In this document: positions 1 to 9,486 of the stretch, piece by piece
Layout: each line of letters begins with the position of its first letter
How positions within the stretch are numbered: the stretch's first letter is position 1
DNA from: Holosporales bacterium
GTDB taxonomy: Bacteria; Pseudomonadota; Alphaproteobacteria; UBA3830; JAIRWN01
Length of the DNA: 59,028 bases
Assembly (NCBI GenBank): GCA_031268985.1
Contig: JAIRWN010000031.1
Coordinates: 1-59,028 of the forward strand
Direction of reading: 5' to 3'
Translations under genes and position numbers: made by a program
The notes under the pieces: model-generated
What the model saw: the letters and a program-made list of their open reading frames with translations, nothing else
Databases searched by the model: none
What the model was told of the DNA's origin: nothing

Positions 1-1382
1 GCCCAGTGTGTAATAGAGCCGGCTCCGAGAAATATTAAAAAGTCTTCAGGAACCAATTTGTCGGCTATTTTCTCGGCCAGTTCGTCAATATCTTTAACTA
101 AATCGCCTACGCCGGCCGATCTCACAAGGTTATCACTATCTATGCCATTGATCGCGTTTTCCCCGGCAGAATAAACAGAAGTAACAAAAGTATGGTCGGC
201 AAGGAAAAGCGCTTCTTTGAACTCGTTCCAAAGGTTGTGAAGTCTTGTATAACGGTGCGGTTGAATTACCGCATATATCTTGCCTCGGCAAATTTCTTTG
301 GCAGCCGTTAACACGGCTTTAATCTCGTTTGGATGGTGTCCGTAATCATCAATGATTTTCGCGCCATTAAAGCTGCCCACCTGCGTAAATCGCCGCTTCA
401 CTCCGGCAAAATTTGATAGCGCCTCTGTTGCCGTTTTGATTAAAACTCCAAGCTCGAGAGCGACTGCTAACGCTACTAAAGAATTTTGCACATTGTGCCG
501 ACCAATCAAAGAAATATGTATTTCTCTCCCGTCTAAATCTGCCGAATTTGGAAAAGTTTTCTTCATAAAGTCAGATAATCTTACCTTGAAGAAGGATCCC
601 TTTGTGTCAACAAAAACATTAATTGCGCGGATATCTGCCTGATCTGAAAAACCATATGTAACGACCCTTTTATCGTAAGTGCTTTTTGCTATGTTCATAG
701 TTTCTTGATCGTCTGCGCAGAATATTGCAATTCCATAGAAAGGAATATTGGAGGCGAACTCGACAAACGCTTGCCTCACATTTTCTATGCAGCGAAAATG
801 ATCCAGATGTTCATAGTCTATGTTTGTGATGGCGACTATGGTCACGGGCAATTTTAAGAATGTGCCGTCGGATTCGTCCGCTTCGGCCACTATCCATTTA
901 CCCCGGCCCAATTTCGCGTTTGTTCCGTAAGAATTGATTATGCCGCCGTTTATTATAGTTGGATCAAAATGAGCCTTTTCAAGTACGGCGCCAATCAATG
1001 ACGTTGTAGTCGTTTTCCCATGAGACCCTGCGACAGCAATCGAATATTTGAATTTCATCAGCTCAGCAAGCATTTCTGCTCGTTTCACGACCGGTATTTT
1101 TAAACGTCTCGCTTCTTTTACTTCGACATTTTCGTGAGACACCGCCGAAGACGCCACAACCACCCCGCAGTGATGAACATTATGCGCGTCATGGGTATGA
1201 CTGATGGAAATTCCAAGCCCCGACAGCCTTTCAGTATTGTTGTTTCTGGACAGGTCGCTTCCTTTAACCGTGTACCCAAGATTGTGCATAACTTCCGCTA
1301 TGCCGCTCATTCCGATTCCGCCAATACCAACAAAATGAATCGGCTTCATAGCGGAGCCGGCAAAGTTTTTTGTTCGGTTCAT
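1..1382 (-). CDS. murC: UDP-N-acetylmuramate--L-alanine ligase MurC (3' end runs off the window)
   Basis: Absent from the ORF track because it is open at the window edge. Reverse translation from ATG at 1380-1382 gives MNRTKNFAGSAMKPIHFVGIGGIGMSGIAEVMHNLGYTVKGSD (Mur ligase N-terminal motif). The same frame at the edge reads ...ADKLVPEDFLIFLGAGSITHW (MurC C-terminal motif). It lies directly downstream of murG. Confidence 0.85.
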   Translation of the reverse strand, partial: MNRTKNFAGSAMKPIHFVGIGGIGMSGIAEVMHNLGYTVKGSDLSRNNNTERLSGLGISISHTHDAHNVHHCGVVVASSAVSHENVEVKEARRLKIPVVKRAEMLAELMKFKYSIAVAGSHGKTTTTSLIGAVLEKAHFDPTIINGGIINSYGTNAKLGRGKWIVAEADESDGTFLKLPVTIVAITNIDYEHLDHFRCIENVRQAFVEFASNIPFYGIAIFCADDQETMNIAKSTYDKRVVTYGFSDQADIRAINVFVDTKGSFFKVRLSDFMKKTFPNSADLDGREIHISLIGRHNVQNSLVALAVALELGVLIKTATEALSNFAGVKRRFTQVGSFNGAKIIDDYGHHPNEIKAVLTAAKEICRGKIYAVIQPHRYTRLHNLWNEFKEALFLADHTFVTSVYSAGENAINGIDSDNLVRSAGVGDLVKDIDELAEKIADKLVPEDFLIFLGAGSITHW

Positions 1383-1393
1383 TTTACCTGTTA

Positions 1394-2473
1394 TTAGAGG
1401 AAATCTTGACAGATTTTGTCGGCGATCAAACCTGCCACATTAAGTTTTCGAGCTTTTTTCATATTTTCCGATGATTTCAACAGCTCCTGAGAATTTTCCA
1501 TAAGGTATTTTATCAATTGAGTGATTTCTCCTTTCCTGAGCTGTTCTTCCGTAAGAAACCATCCGCAACCATTTTGAGTGTAGGCTTTCGCATTCGCTAC
1601 TTGGTGGTTATCTCTTGCTTTAGCAAACGGAACAATTATTGCCGGCCTTCCCAAAGCGACAACCTCAGCGATCGTTGACGCGCCCGCTCTGCAAATGACT
1701 AAATCAGCCTTTGACAACACGTAGGCAGAATCTGTGATGAATGGCCTTACCTCCGCCTTTATTTTTGCTTTTTTAAGATTGGCCTCCAGATCTTTTACGT
1801 CTTCAACTCTGGCCTGCTGGATTAAGTTAATTCTTTCTTTAAGATTTTGCGGTAGAGCATCAAGAGATTTTGGGATTTCCTGAGAAAAAATTAGCGCGCC
1901 TTGACTTCCGCCAATTACGCATATTTCAAATTTATCTTTCGACGCGCCATAGAGCTTTTGACTTTCGACAAGGTCTACAAATTTTTTCCTTATAGGAAGC
2001 CCTATTGCCAAAGCGTTCTTTGGCGCATATTTGGTATCCCGAAAAGACAAAAATATTTGATTGGCAAATTTGCTGAGAAATCGATTGCTTATCCCCATCA
2101 CCATATTTTGCTCATGTACTACGAAAGGGATCTTTTTTATACAACTGTACATAAGCGGAACCAAACTGAAAAGGCCGCCAAAACCAACAAACACAACGAC
2201 GTCTTCTTGGTTGAGCAATTTCTTTATATGCTTAATATTTTTAAATAATTTGGACAAATTTTTCGCAATATGCTCTATATGCTTAGGAATTTTTATAGTA
2301 TTCATAACGATAAGATCGTTTTGAGGTACATCCGTGCAAAACTGTTCTGCTCGTTGGTCTGTGATAAATAAAACTTCTTGTCCTCCGGTCTTTAATTCCT
2401 GAAACAAAGAAACTGCCGGAAAAACATGCCCTCCGGTTCCTCCGGCGACAATGGCGATAGTTTTTTTGCTCAT
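1394..2473 (-). CDS. murG: Undecaprenyldiphospho-muramoylpentapeptide beta-N-acetylglucosaminyltransferase MurG
   Basis: 359-aa ORF with N-terminal AGGTGGHVFPA glycosyltransferase-28 motif and C-terminal RAGASTIAE motif; followed by murC. Confidence 0.9.
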   Translation of the reverse strand: MSKKTIAIVAGGTGGHVFPAVSLFQELKTGGQEVLFITDQRAEQFCTDVPQNDLIVMNTIKIPKHIEHIAKNLSKLFKNIKHIKKLLNQEDVVVFVGFGGLFSLVPLMYSCIKKIPFVVHEQNMVMGISNRFLSKFANQIFLSFRDTKYAPKNALAIGLPIRKKFVDLVESQKLYGASKDKFEICVIGGSQGALIFSQEIPKSLDALPQNLKERINLIQQARVEDVKDLEANLKKAKIKAEVRPFITDSAYVLSKADLVICRAGASTIAEVVALGRPAIIVPFAKARDNHQVANAKAYTQNGCGWFLTEEQLRKGEITQLIKYLMENSQELLKSSENMKKARKLNVAGLIADKICQDFL

Positions 2474-2486
2474 TTTTGCCTCTTAT

Positions 2487-4616
2487 TTAGATTACTTGAA
2501 GAAATTCTGGAATTATCTTTTTTACTCCAAAGTCATCAAAGTCCACCTCTACAGAAGATGTTGTCGCGTCAACAACAACCCCACGTCCATATCGTTCATG
2601 CGAAACATGCGCGCCTATACGGGAAAGCAGAAACTTTGTCGGCTGAGAATTTTCACCGTCTAATGTAAGCGCGTTCTTTGGAAAAAAACAAGATACATTA
2701 TTGCTCGACTTAAAGGCTTGATTTGTAATTAAGTTTTCTTTCGGAATTTCACCTATAAATCTTGAAGGGACAGCAGACTGCCACTGATTAAATATCAGTC
2801 TCCGTGACGAATAAGTTATGAATACTCGTTTTTTGGCGCGAGTAACCCCCACATAGGCAAGCCTACGTTCTTCTTCCAGATTGTTTTCTTGAAGCGATAT
2901 CGGGTTAGGGAAAACCCCTTCCTCCCAACCGCTCAGGTAAACAGTGTCGAACTCTTGTCCTTTTGCGCTGTGAAGCGTCATTAGAGTGGCCATATCTCCC
3001 TGATCAAATTGCTTGTTGTTTTCTGACACCAGGCTAACATGCTCAAGAAACTCCTGTATTGTTTGAAAATATTCCATTGACTGTATCAACTCTCTTACAT
3101 TTTCAAGCCGTCCCTTTGAATCCAACGACTTAGATTGCTGTAATGCGGCTCTATATCCGGATTCTGATACTACTTTTTCAGTCAGTTTGAATGGAGGGTC
3201 GCTATTCATTGCTGCCCGCCAGCGATTTATGTCGCTGACAAAATCTTCCAGGGCCTTACGCACTGAAGGGCGGATACTCTGGGACTTGGACAAATGATCG
3301 AGCGCTCGGAAGTACGATATGTTTAGTTCAAGCGATATTGTATGCAGTTGATTAATTGCAGATTGGCCTATACCGCGCCTAGGCGTGTTTATAATTCTTT
3401 CTAGCGCCATACTGTCGTCCGGTTGATAAATAACTCTCAGATACGCAATGACGTCGCGTATTTCTTGACGCTCATAAAATCTTGGCCCGCCAATGACGCG
3501 GTAAGGAATGCCCCAAGCAGTGAATTTCTCTTCCAATTCACGGGCTTGAAATCCTGCGCGAATTAAAATCGCAATATCGCTCAACGGCACCTGAAGCTGT
3601 TTATTTGTATGTAAAATGCTTTGGGTTACCCATAAAGATTCGTCTTTACTGCTGTATAGGCCTTGTACAACGATCTTTTCTCCTTGGTTATTATCATTAC
3701 ACCAAAGTTTTTTGCCGAGTCTTTGATTATTATGGGCAATCAAGCCGCTGGCAGCATCCAAAATATGCTTTGTAGATCTGTAATTCTGCTCAAGTCTTAT
3801 AACCAAGGCGTCGGGGAAATCATTTGAAAAACGCAATATGTTACCGACTTCAGCGCCTCGCCAGCTGTATATAGACTGGTCGTCATCCCCTACGCAACAA
3901 AGGCCTTTCCCATCAGGGACAAGCGCCCGAAGCCACAGATATTGCGCAACGTTGGTGTCTTGATATTCATCGACAAAGATATACTTGAATCTTTCTCTGT
4001 ACGATTGCAGCAGGCTTTGATTTTCCCTGAAAAGTTTTAGGTTATAAAGAATAAGATCGCCAAAATCCACCGCGCCATAAGCGCGAAGGCGCTCTTGATA
4101 GGTTGTATATATTTTAAGCGCTTTACGTTCGTTGTCTTTATTCGAGGCGATGACGCTACCGCTCTCGAGCCCCGCGTCCTTCCATTTGCTTATAAGTCCC
4201 AGAACCGCGGTCGACATATCTTTTTTGTCCGACATGTTCTCGTCCTGCAGGATCTGCTTTATCAGTTTAAGCTGATCGTCCTGGTTTAGAATGACAAAAT
4301 CATTTTTTATTCCTAAGTCCTCACAGTGATAACGCAGTATTTTTGCGCAATTTGCATGAAATGTTCCGATCCAGTATAACCGGAAAGGAATACGTTGTTT
4401 CATTTCACCGGCTGCGCGATTGCTGAAAGTAGCGGCAAGAATTTCATGAGGTTCGGCGCGTTTTTCAGCAATTACATAGGAAATTTTACTTGTTAACACT
4501 CTGGTTTTTCCGGTTCCAGCCCCAGCCAAGATGAGCAGAGGTCTGTCCAGCTGAACAACGGCTTCGCGTTGTTGCTGATTGAGCGGATCGATTATTTCTC
4601 TACTTGTTTGCTGCAT
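2487..4616 (-). CDS. uvrD: UvrD/Rep/PcrA-family SF1 DNA helicase
   Basis: 709-aa ORF with Walker A AGAGTGKT, plus FVDEYQDTN, VGDDDQSIYSWRGA, LHSAKGQEF and YVGVTRAKK helicase motifs. Confidence 0.85.
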   Translation of the reverse strand: MQQTSREIIDPLNQQQREAVVQLDRPLLILAGAGTGKTRVLTSKISYVIAEKRAEPHEILAATFSNRAAGEMKQRIPFRLYWIGTFHANCAKILRYHCEDLGIKNDFVILNQDDQLKLIKQILQDENMSDKKDMSTAVLGLISKWKDAGLESGSVIASNKDNERKALKIYTTYQERLRAYGAVDFGDLILYNLKLFRENQSLLQSYRERFKYIFVDEYQDTNVAQYLWLRALVPDGKGLCCVGDDDQSIYSWRGAEVGNILRFSNDFPDALVIRLEQNYRSTKHILDAASGLIAHNNQRLGKKLWCNDNNQGEKIVVQGLYSSKDESLWVTQSILHTNKQLQVPLSDIAILIRAGFQARELEEKFTAWGIPYRVIGGPRFYERQEIRDVIAYLRVIYQPDDSMALERIINTPRRGIGQSAINQLHTISLELNISYFRALDHLSKSQSIRPSVRKALEDFVSDINRWRAAMNSDPPFKLTEKVVSESGYRAALQQSKSLDSKGRLENVRELIQSMEYFQTIQEFLEHVSLVSENNKQFDQGDMATLMTLHSAKGQEFDTVYLSGWEEGVFPNPISLQENNLEEERRLAYVGVTRAKKRVFITYSSRRLIFNQWQSAVPSRFIGEIPKENLITNQAFKSSNNVSCFFPKNALTLDGENSQPTKFLLSRIGAHVSHERYGRGVVVDATTSSVEVDFDDFGVKKIIPEFLQVI

Positions 4617-5478
4617 TTATGTAGAACCCGGAAAATATAATTTCGGCTTCTGCCGTTTGGTAAATATCGCCGGAATTTTTATCTAAATCCACAACAATGC
4701 TTCCTCCCGGCTGGAAAACTGTAACCGGCCCACGAATTACAAACCTTTTATTTGCAGCCGCGACCACTGCACATGCGGCGCTGCCACAGGATTTTGTCCT
4801 GCCTGCTCCTCGCTCCCACACTTTTATGTAAATTTCATCAAATTTGTTTTTATTGACCCTTGCAAAGCTCACATTAATTCTCTCAGGGAAGTAAGGGTGA
4901 TTTTCTATCATCGGAGCAGTTTTGGCTAGATCTATTGCGTCAAGGTTGTCTGCAAAAAACACAACATGGGGATTGCCAACATTTACCGCAATTCCGCGCA
5001 AATCAATCCCCTCAATTGCGACGTCCAAAGGGTTAATTTTTTTCTGTATGGGTATTTCCCCACAAACGAAAGATGGGGCGCCCATGTTTACGGTTACTCT
5101 ATTGTTTTCATGGACTAGAACGCTGTATTTCCTAATGCTTTTTCCCTCAACTTTTGTTGCAATAGAAAAAATCTTTTCTCCGGTTTTCTGACTGAGTAAA
5201 AGAGCGAGACATCTGAGGCCGTTCCCGCATGTCTCAGCGCCTGACCCGTCTTTGTTGTAAAACCAGACTTCTGCGGGCTGTAAACAAAGGTCGTTGCGGC
5301 GAAAGACAACCATTTGGTCACAACCAATGCCTTTGCGTCGATCTGCGATTTTTGCAATTTCTTCCGCTTTTATTAATCGACGGTATTTTTCCGGCCCTAT
5401 TTCATCCAGATCAATTATTACAAAATCGTTCCCCAGTCCATGAGCCTTATAAAACTTCACATTTTGGCCGAAACTCAT
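4600..5478 (-). CDS. dapF: Diaminopimelate epimerase
   Basis: 292-aa ORF with HGLGNDFVIID and the two catalytic-Cys motifs CGNGLRC and SCGSAACA. Overlaps the uvrD start by 17 nt. Confidence 0.88.
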   Translation of the reverse strand: MSFGQNVKFYKAHGLGNDFVIIDLDEIGPEKYRRLIKAEEIAKIADRRKGIGCDQMVVFRRNDLCLQPAEVWFYNKDGSGAETCGNGLRCLALLLSQKTGEKIFSIATKVEGKSIRKYSVLVHENNRVTVNMGAPSFVCGEIPIQKKINPLDVAIEGIDLRGIAVNVGNPHVVFFADNLDAIDLAKTAPMIENHPYFPERINVSFARVNKNKFDEIYIKVWERGAGRTKSCGSAACAVVAAANKRFVIRGPVTVFQPGGSIVVDLDKNSGDIYQTAEAEIIFSGFYINAANK

Positions 5479-5483
5479 AGCAC

Positions 5484-6170
5484 TTAGGTTGCGTTTCCAA
5501 ACGGTTCCAACCTTCCGGCAGTTGGCTGTATGGATTCAATAGGCGATAGTACGGTTTTTTGTGCTTCCAACGCAATGACGTTTTTAAAAATTTTGTCCAA
5601 AAAAAGCGTTTTTCCCCTCATTTTTACAACGCAATCAACGATCTTTTTCGATTTAATCTTCTCGAACCCCGCCCCCATAACTTTTCTGGTAAGCGTAGAG
5701 GCCAACCACAGCTTATTCCAAGGAAACAGATCGCTCGCTGCGAATGGCAAAAATCCAAACTTATGAGCCGCTATAACGCAAGCATAGCTGTTTGGTTTAA
5801 GGACGCGAAACGCTTCTCGCAAAAGACCTTCCGGGGACAAAGCTAGCTCCATCCCATGTACTATTAGAATCAAATCAACTGAATCGTCTTTAAACGGAAG
5901 CAAATGTTCATCTGTTACAAGAGATTTTGAATAGCGACATTCCTCAGGCCAAGGCGAAGAGCGTAAAAACCTGCCGGTTGCCCAAAAGACATTTTTAAAC
6001 GCGCTTTCAGTCTTAACTGCATAAGGCGGCAAAAGACCAATCCCTATGCAACTAACTGGCGAGTGTTTCTTAATCAAACCATCTAGATGGTTTGATATCT
6101 CATCAATCATCAGCTTGCCGCAATCGGTTTTAAAGAACTTCTCTTGACTGTTGTTTGTCGTTTTTTCCAC
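5484..6170 (-). CDS. Class I SAM-dependent methyltransferase (family-level call only)
   Basis: 228-aa ORF. The central block DLILIVHGMELALSPEGLLREAFRVLKPNS resembles the Methyltransf_11 post-II region; no specific orthologue recognised. Confidence 0.5.
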   Translation of the reverse strand: MEKTTNNSQEKFFKTDCGKLMIDEISNHLDGLIKKHSPVSCIGIGLLPPYAVKTESAFKNVFWATGRFLRSSPWPEECRYSKSLVTDEHLLPFKDDSVDLILIVHGMELALSPEGLLREAFRVLKPNSYACVIAAHKFGFLPFAASDLFPWNKLWLASTLTRKVMGAGFEKIKSKKIVDCVVKMRGKTLFLDKIFKNVIALEAQKTVLSPIESIQPTAGRLEPFGNAT

Positions 6171-6180
6171 CTTTTAAGGC

Positions 6181-6210
6181 TTGACATAACCTCATGGCTT
6201 TGGCTACTTT
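6181..6210 (+). promoter_or_regulatory. Putative sigma70-type promoter of ihfB (TTGACA-18 nt-TACTTT)
   Basis: TTGACA at 6181-6186 and TACTTT at 6205-6210. AGGAGG Shine-Dalgarno at 6256-6261 ahead of the ATG at 6268. Confidence 0.3.
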
Positions 6211-6267
6211 AGCAAAAATACGCCGGACACAGAAACTTTAATTTCAGTCTCAATTAGGAGGAGCAAC

Positions 6268-6549
6268 ATGGTAATGCTGGAATTGGTACAGAAGTTTAAT
6301 GACGCTCACAGATACATGAATCATGCCGATGCCCATAAAGCCGCTTCGATTATCATGAACAGTATAAAAGAAGCGTTGGTCAGTTGCCGGAAAGTTGAGC
6401 TGCGAGGCTTTGGGACTTTTTCTATACGTGAACGGAAAGCCCGAATAGGGCGTAATCCAAAAACCGGCAAGGCGGTAAAAATTCCTTCAATGAAAACCCC
6501 GTTTTTTAAAGCAGGAAAACTGCTTACAAAATTTGTCAATTCTGATTGA
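6268..6549 (+). CDS. ihfB: Integration host factor beta subunit (HU/IHF family)
   Basis: 93-aa ORF. ELRGFGTFSIRERKARIGRNPKTGKAVKIPSMKTPFFKAGKLL matches the IHF-beta arm pattern; strong SD upstream. Confidence 0.75.
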   Translation: MVMLELVQKFNDAHRYMNHADAHKAASIIMNSIKEALVSCRKVELRGFGTFSIRERKARIGRNPKTGKAVKIPSMKTPFFKAGKLLTKFVNSD

Positions 6550-6581
6550 CAATAGTCAAGGCTTCTGAAAGAGGCGGTAAA

Positions 6582-7427
6582 TTGAACTGGCTAACCAATT
6601 TCGTAAGACCGAAAATTCGCACGCTGGTTGGACGTTTGGAAGTCCCGGATAACATGTGGGATAAATGCAAGTCTTGCGAGCAGATGTTATTTCATAAAGA
6701 GCTCGTAAAGAATCTTTACGTTTGCCCGCACTGCGGGTTTCACATGAGCGTTGACGTAAAATATTGGACGAATCTGTTGCTGGACGAAGGATACAAGATT
6801 CTGCCGTCAGTTCCGGTTAAAGAAGATCCGATCAAGTTTCGCGACAGTAAAAAGTATACGGACAGGCTTAAAGAAGCCAGAGCAAAAACTTCAATGTCAG
6901 ACGCTTTACTGTCTGCTTCTGGCAAAATAGATAACGTTCCGGCCTGTGTTTGTGCTTTTAATTTCCAATTTATCGGCGGTTCTATGGGAAGCGGCGTAGG
7001 GACAGATTTTGTAAACGCTGCCAGCGTTGCGGCAGATGAAAACAGAGCATTTATAGTCATAACTTCTTCCGGTGGCGCGAGGATGCAAGAAGGTATAATT
7101 TCCCTCATGCAAATGCCTCGCACAGTTTCAGCCATAAACACGGTAAAAAAAAGAAAATTGCCTTATATCGTTATTATGACTAACCCCACAACCGGAGGCG
7201 TGTCAGCCTCTTTAGCAATGCTTGGAGATATACATATCGCCGAGCCAGGAGCGACTATATGCTTTACCGGCCCACGAGTAATAGAAGAGACGATTAAACA
7301 AAAACTCCCGGACGGCTTTCAAACAGCCGAGTATCTTCTGAGTCACGGCATGATAGACATGGTTGTAGAACGCAAACATCTTAAAAACGCTCTGTCTAAA
7401 ATTCTTAACGTAATTTTTTGCCCTTAG
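6582..7427 (+). CDS. accD: Acetyl-CoA carboxylase carboxyltransferase beta subunit
   Basis: Zn-ribbon CKSCEQ...CPHCGFH followed by the carboxyltransferase domain (FIGGSMGS). The ORF track begins at 6546. TTG at 6582, with AGAGG 7 nt upstream, gives the typical MNWLTNF... N-terminus and removes the overlap with ihfB. Confidence 0.88.
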   Translation: MNWLTNFVRPKIRTLVGRLEVPDNMWDKCKSCEQMLFHKELVKNLYVCPHCGFHMSVDVKYWTNLLLDEGYKILPSVPVKEDPIKFRDSKKYTDRLKEARAKTSMSDALLSASGKIDNVPACVCAFNFQFIGGSMGSGVGTDFVNAASVAADENRAFIVITSSGGARMQEGIISLMQMPRTVSAINTVKKRKLPYIVIMTNPTTGGVSASLAMLGDIHIAEPGATICFTGPRVIEETIKQKLPDGFQTAEYLLSHGMIDMVVERKHLKNALSKILNVIFCP

Positions 7428-7898
7428 TTTTCTGTGGCCTGTCGTCAAAGGAAAAGCAATAGGGCGTGTTAGGAGAGACATGGGTAATTAATACCCGAAA
7501 ACTTGTAGCCTTTTCAGGCTAACAAATGCGGCAGATCCCGGTTGAGCGGTAAGTTATAGCGCCTCTATACACATGAGGATGGATAAATCGGTATTGCCTT
7601 CAACAATCAATTCATTCCGCCTTATTGGCTGTATAGACCGAAATTCTCCACGCTCAGTTAGCGCCTCACTTATAGTTTTTTTCTTGTGAATATCGCAAAA
7701 GCTCACTCAATCTTCTTTAGATGGCTTGGACGCCTTTGATATTGTTTTTCCATAGATTGGCTCTTAAACTATAGCATTGTGCTGATGCAACTGTTTAAAT
7801 ACGATGCATTAATTTAAAAGTTAATCATTTTTTGTTCAATTTTTAATCTATTTATGTTTGAATCCATGCAGAGTTTTGCATATCTAATGAAGGCAATA

Positions 7899-8972
7899 AT
7901 GAAAAAAAACTTTTTTCTTAAAACTATTCTTAGCGTTCTCTTGCTTGTTTGTTTTAACTGTCAGGGAGCCCTCAGAGAGAGTTTTGCTTGTCTACCTCAT
8001 CTGTTGTCACCAATAAGCAGATCGTCAAGCCAAGACGGCCCGTTAAGCCCATTTTCGTCGAAATGTCGCCAGCCAGTAAGAAAGATTTTTGATAGTAGGG
8101 GAAGGGGGGCAGAACAAGAAGGCGACAGTCCTGAGACAATAGAGCGCGCTCGTCAACGCCAAGATGCGCTGATGGGATCATTACGCAAGTTCGGACTTGA
8201 TCGTTCGGATCTCGCACATTTGCATCAAGTACTGGAAGCGTCCAACGGCGCAGACCCTTTTATTTTAAGGGTGCTCTGTATACGTCATGCGCCTACCGAA
8301 TTCAACGGTCGCGGGATTGTTCAAGGGCGCGGTACTAGTTCTGGGGTAGATGCAACAAAAACTGCAGAATTCATGGATATTTTTGGGCGAAAAATTCTTC
8401 CATTATTTATTGATGGTCATATGCCAGACAGGGTATTTATTGCGACCAGTCCACAACAAAGGTGTAAAGATACGGCTAGTCTTTTGAAGAATGCTCCCGG
8501 GTTCCGAGAAAGAGAAGTGTCTTTGGTGGTAGCTTTCCCTCTTGACGATATTAGAGGGGAAGGTTTGGTCGGCAGGTCGACAAAAGACCCAGAAGTGGTT
8601 GAAATGCTACAATGTTTCGCTCAAGCCCCGCTGAAATTTATGCGTGAGAGGGAGAGCGGTCTTCTCTATGCTATGTCCTTTTTTAAGGTTATACGCTCTG
8701 TTTGCGACATATATAGCAACACTCCTGGATCGTTCGACGGGCCTAGTGATAGTGGTGTTCGAAAAGAACTTGCTATTATGGTCACCCATCAAACGCTGCT
8801 AAAAATAGCTAATGCTGCAGTATGCTCAGGGGCGATTGACGGTGTGGCTGTTGTTGCAGAATGTGGTAATGATGCATTTATTCTGGAGGTGGATAATAGA
8901 ACATTCCGGCCTTTCTCAGGGAGTTTAGATTGCTTGCTGGAGGCAGTTGAACCGGCAACAACGAGAGAGTAA
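7899..8972 (+). CDS. Secreted histidine-phosphatase-superfamily (PGAM/SixA-like, branch 1) protein, orphan
   Basis: The ORF opens at 7854. ATG 7899 has GAAGG 5 nt upstream and gives the signal-like MKKNFFLKTILSVLLLVCFNCQGA. Catalytic-type motifs are LCIRHAPTEFNGRG (RH at 8283-8288), SPQQRCKDTA and VTHQTLL. About 100 aa of low-complexity Ser/Pro/Arg linker precedes the domain. Confidence 0.6.
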   Translation: MKKNFFLKTILSVLLLVCFNCQGALRESFACLPHLLSPISRSSSQDGPLSPFSSKCRQPVRKIFDSRGRGAEQEGDSPETIERARQRQDALMGSLRKFGLDRSDLAHLHQVLEASNGADPFILRVLCIRHAPTEFNGRGIVQGRGTSSGVDATKTAEFMDIFGRKILPLFIDGHMPDRVFIATSPQQRCKDTASLLKNAPGFREREVSLVVAFPLDDIRGEGLVGRSTKDPEVVEMLQCFAQAPLKFMRERESGLLYAMSFFKVIRSVCDIYSNTPGSFDGPSDSGVRKELAIMVTHQTLLKIANAAVCSGAIDGVAVVAECGNDAFILEVDNRTFRPFSGSLDCLLEAVEPATTRE

Positions 8973-9001
8973 AGCGACCGATACCTGACCAATCTATAAG
9001 G

Positions 9002-9026
9002 AAGCAAAAATCGAAACGTTGCTTTT
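9002..9026 (+). terminator. Weak intrinsic terminator after the phosphatase-like gene
   Basis: AAGCAA (9002-9007) pairs with TTGCTT (9019-9024) and is followed by TT. Confidence 0.3.
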
Positions 9027-9151
9027 AATACAAGGCCAGGTCTGTGCCAATTTTAGCATGGCCTCTGAAAACAACTTCGATCAGTCTCTTGTTGCCGTCG
9101 TTGAAGAAGTCGGACAAAATCGTTTGTCCGGCAGATGCTGTGCTCTGAGAT

Positions 9152-9180
9152 TTGTAAAGTTGATTATTGTGTGGTATATT
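9152..9180 (+). promoter_or_regulatory. Putative ssrA promoter (TTGTAA-17 nt-TATATT)
   Basis: TTGTAA at 9152-9157 and TATATT at 9175-9180. This predicts a start near 9187, about 79 nt before the CCA end of the acceptor piece. Confidence 0.4.
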
Positions 9181-9186
9181 AAAGTG

Positions 9187-9460
9187 TTGTGTAAATAACT
9201 ATAGCGATAAACGTTATAAGCAATAGGTGCTTTGGACCCGGGGGCGGAACCCGGCGTCTCCACCATTTGGGGGGACGAATTAGGCTCGACAGACATTGAA
9301 AGTTATGATTTTCGCTCGGCATGGTACCACCGTTATCGGGCTAATTTAATAAGTGCAAACGATTATGCACTGCATGACATGCGCCTAGCAGCCTAGCGGC
9401 GAGCTATAATGCATTGAATGCGCGGTTAGGGGACGCCGAGCAACAGAAGTCCCCATTCTA
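9187..9460 (+). ncRNA. ssrA: Two-piece (circularly permuted) tmRNA gene; outer boundaries approximate
   Basis: T-arm CCGGG-GGCGGAA-CCCGG (9238-9254), 3' acceptor strand CGTCTCC (9255-9261), then A and CCA (9263-9265). Immediately after comes a 5' acceptor strand GGGGACG (9271-9277), which pairs with it including a G3.U70 wobble. GGGGACGAAUUAGGCUCGAC resembles canonical tmRNA 5' ends. The tag ORF GCA AAC GAT ... GCC TAG (9355-9396) encodes ANDYALHDMRLAA. Confidence 0.8.
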
Positions 9461-9486
9461 GAGAGTAAAATCCTACGTTAAACGCG

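Noticed and set aside
7507-7522. Small hairpin TAGCC-TTTTCA-GGCTA downstream of accD as a terminator
   Set aside because: The stem is only 5 bp and there is no T-tract; this is too weak to call.
9081-9296. 71-aa minus-strand ORF from the six-frame track
   Set aside because: It lies antisense across the tmRNA acceptor piece and its promoter. It has no SD, and its Pro/Gly-rich stretch is simply the complement of the tRNA-like GC-rich helices.
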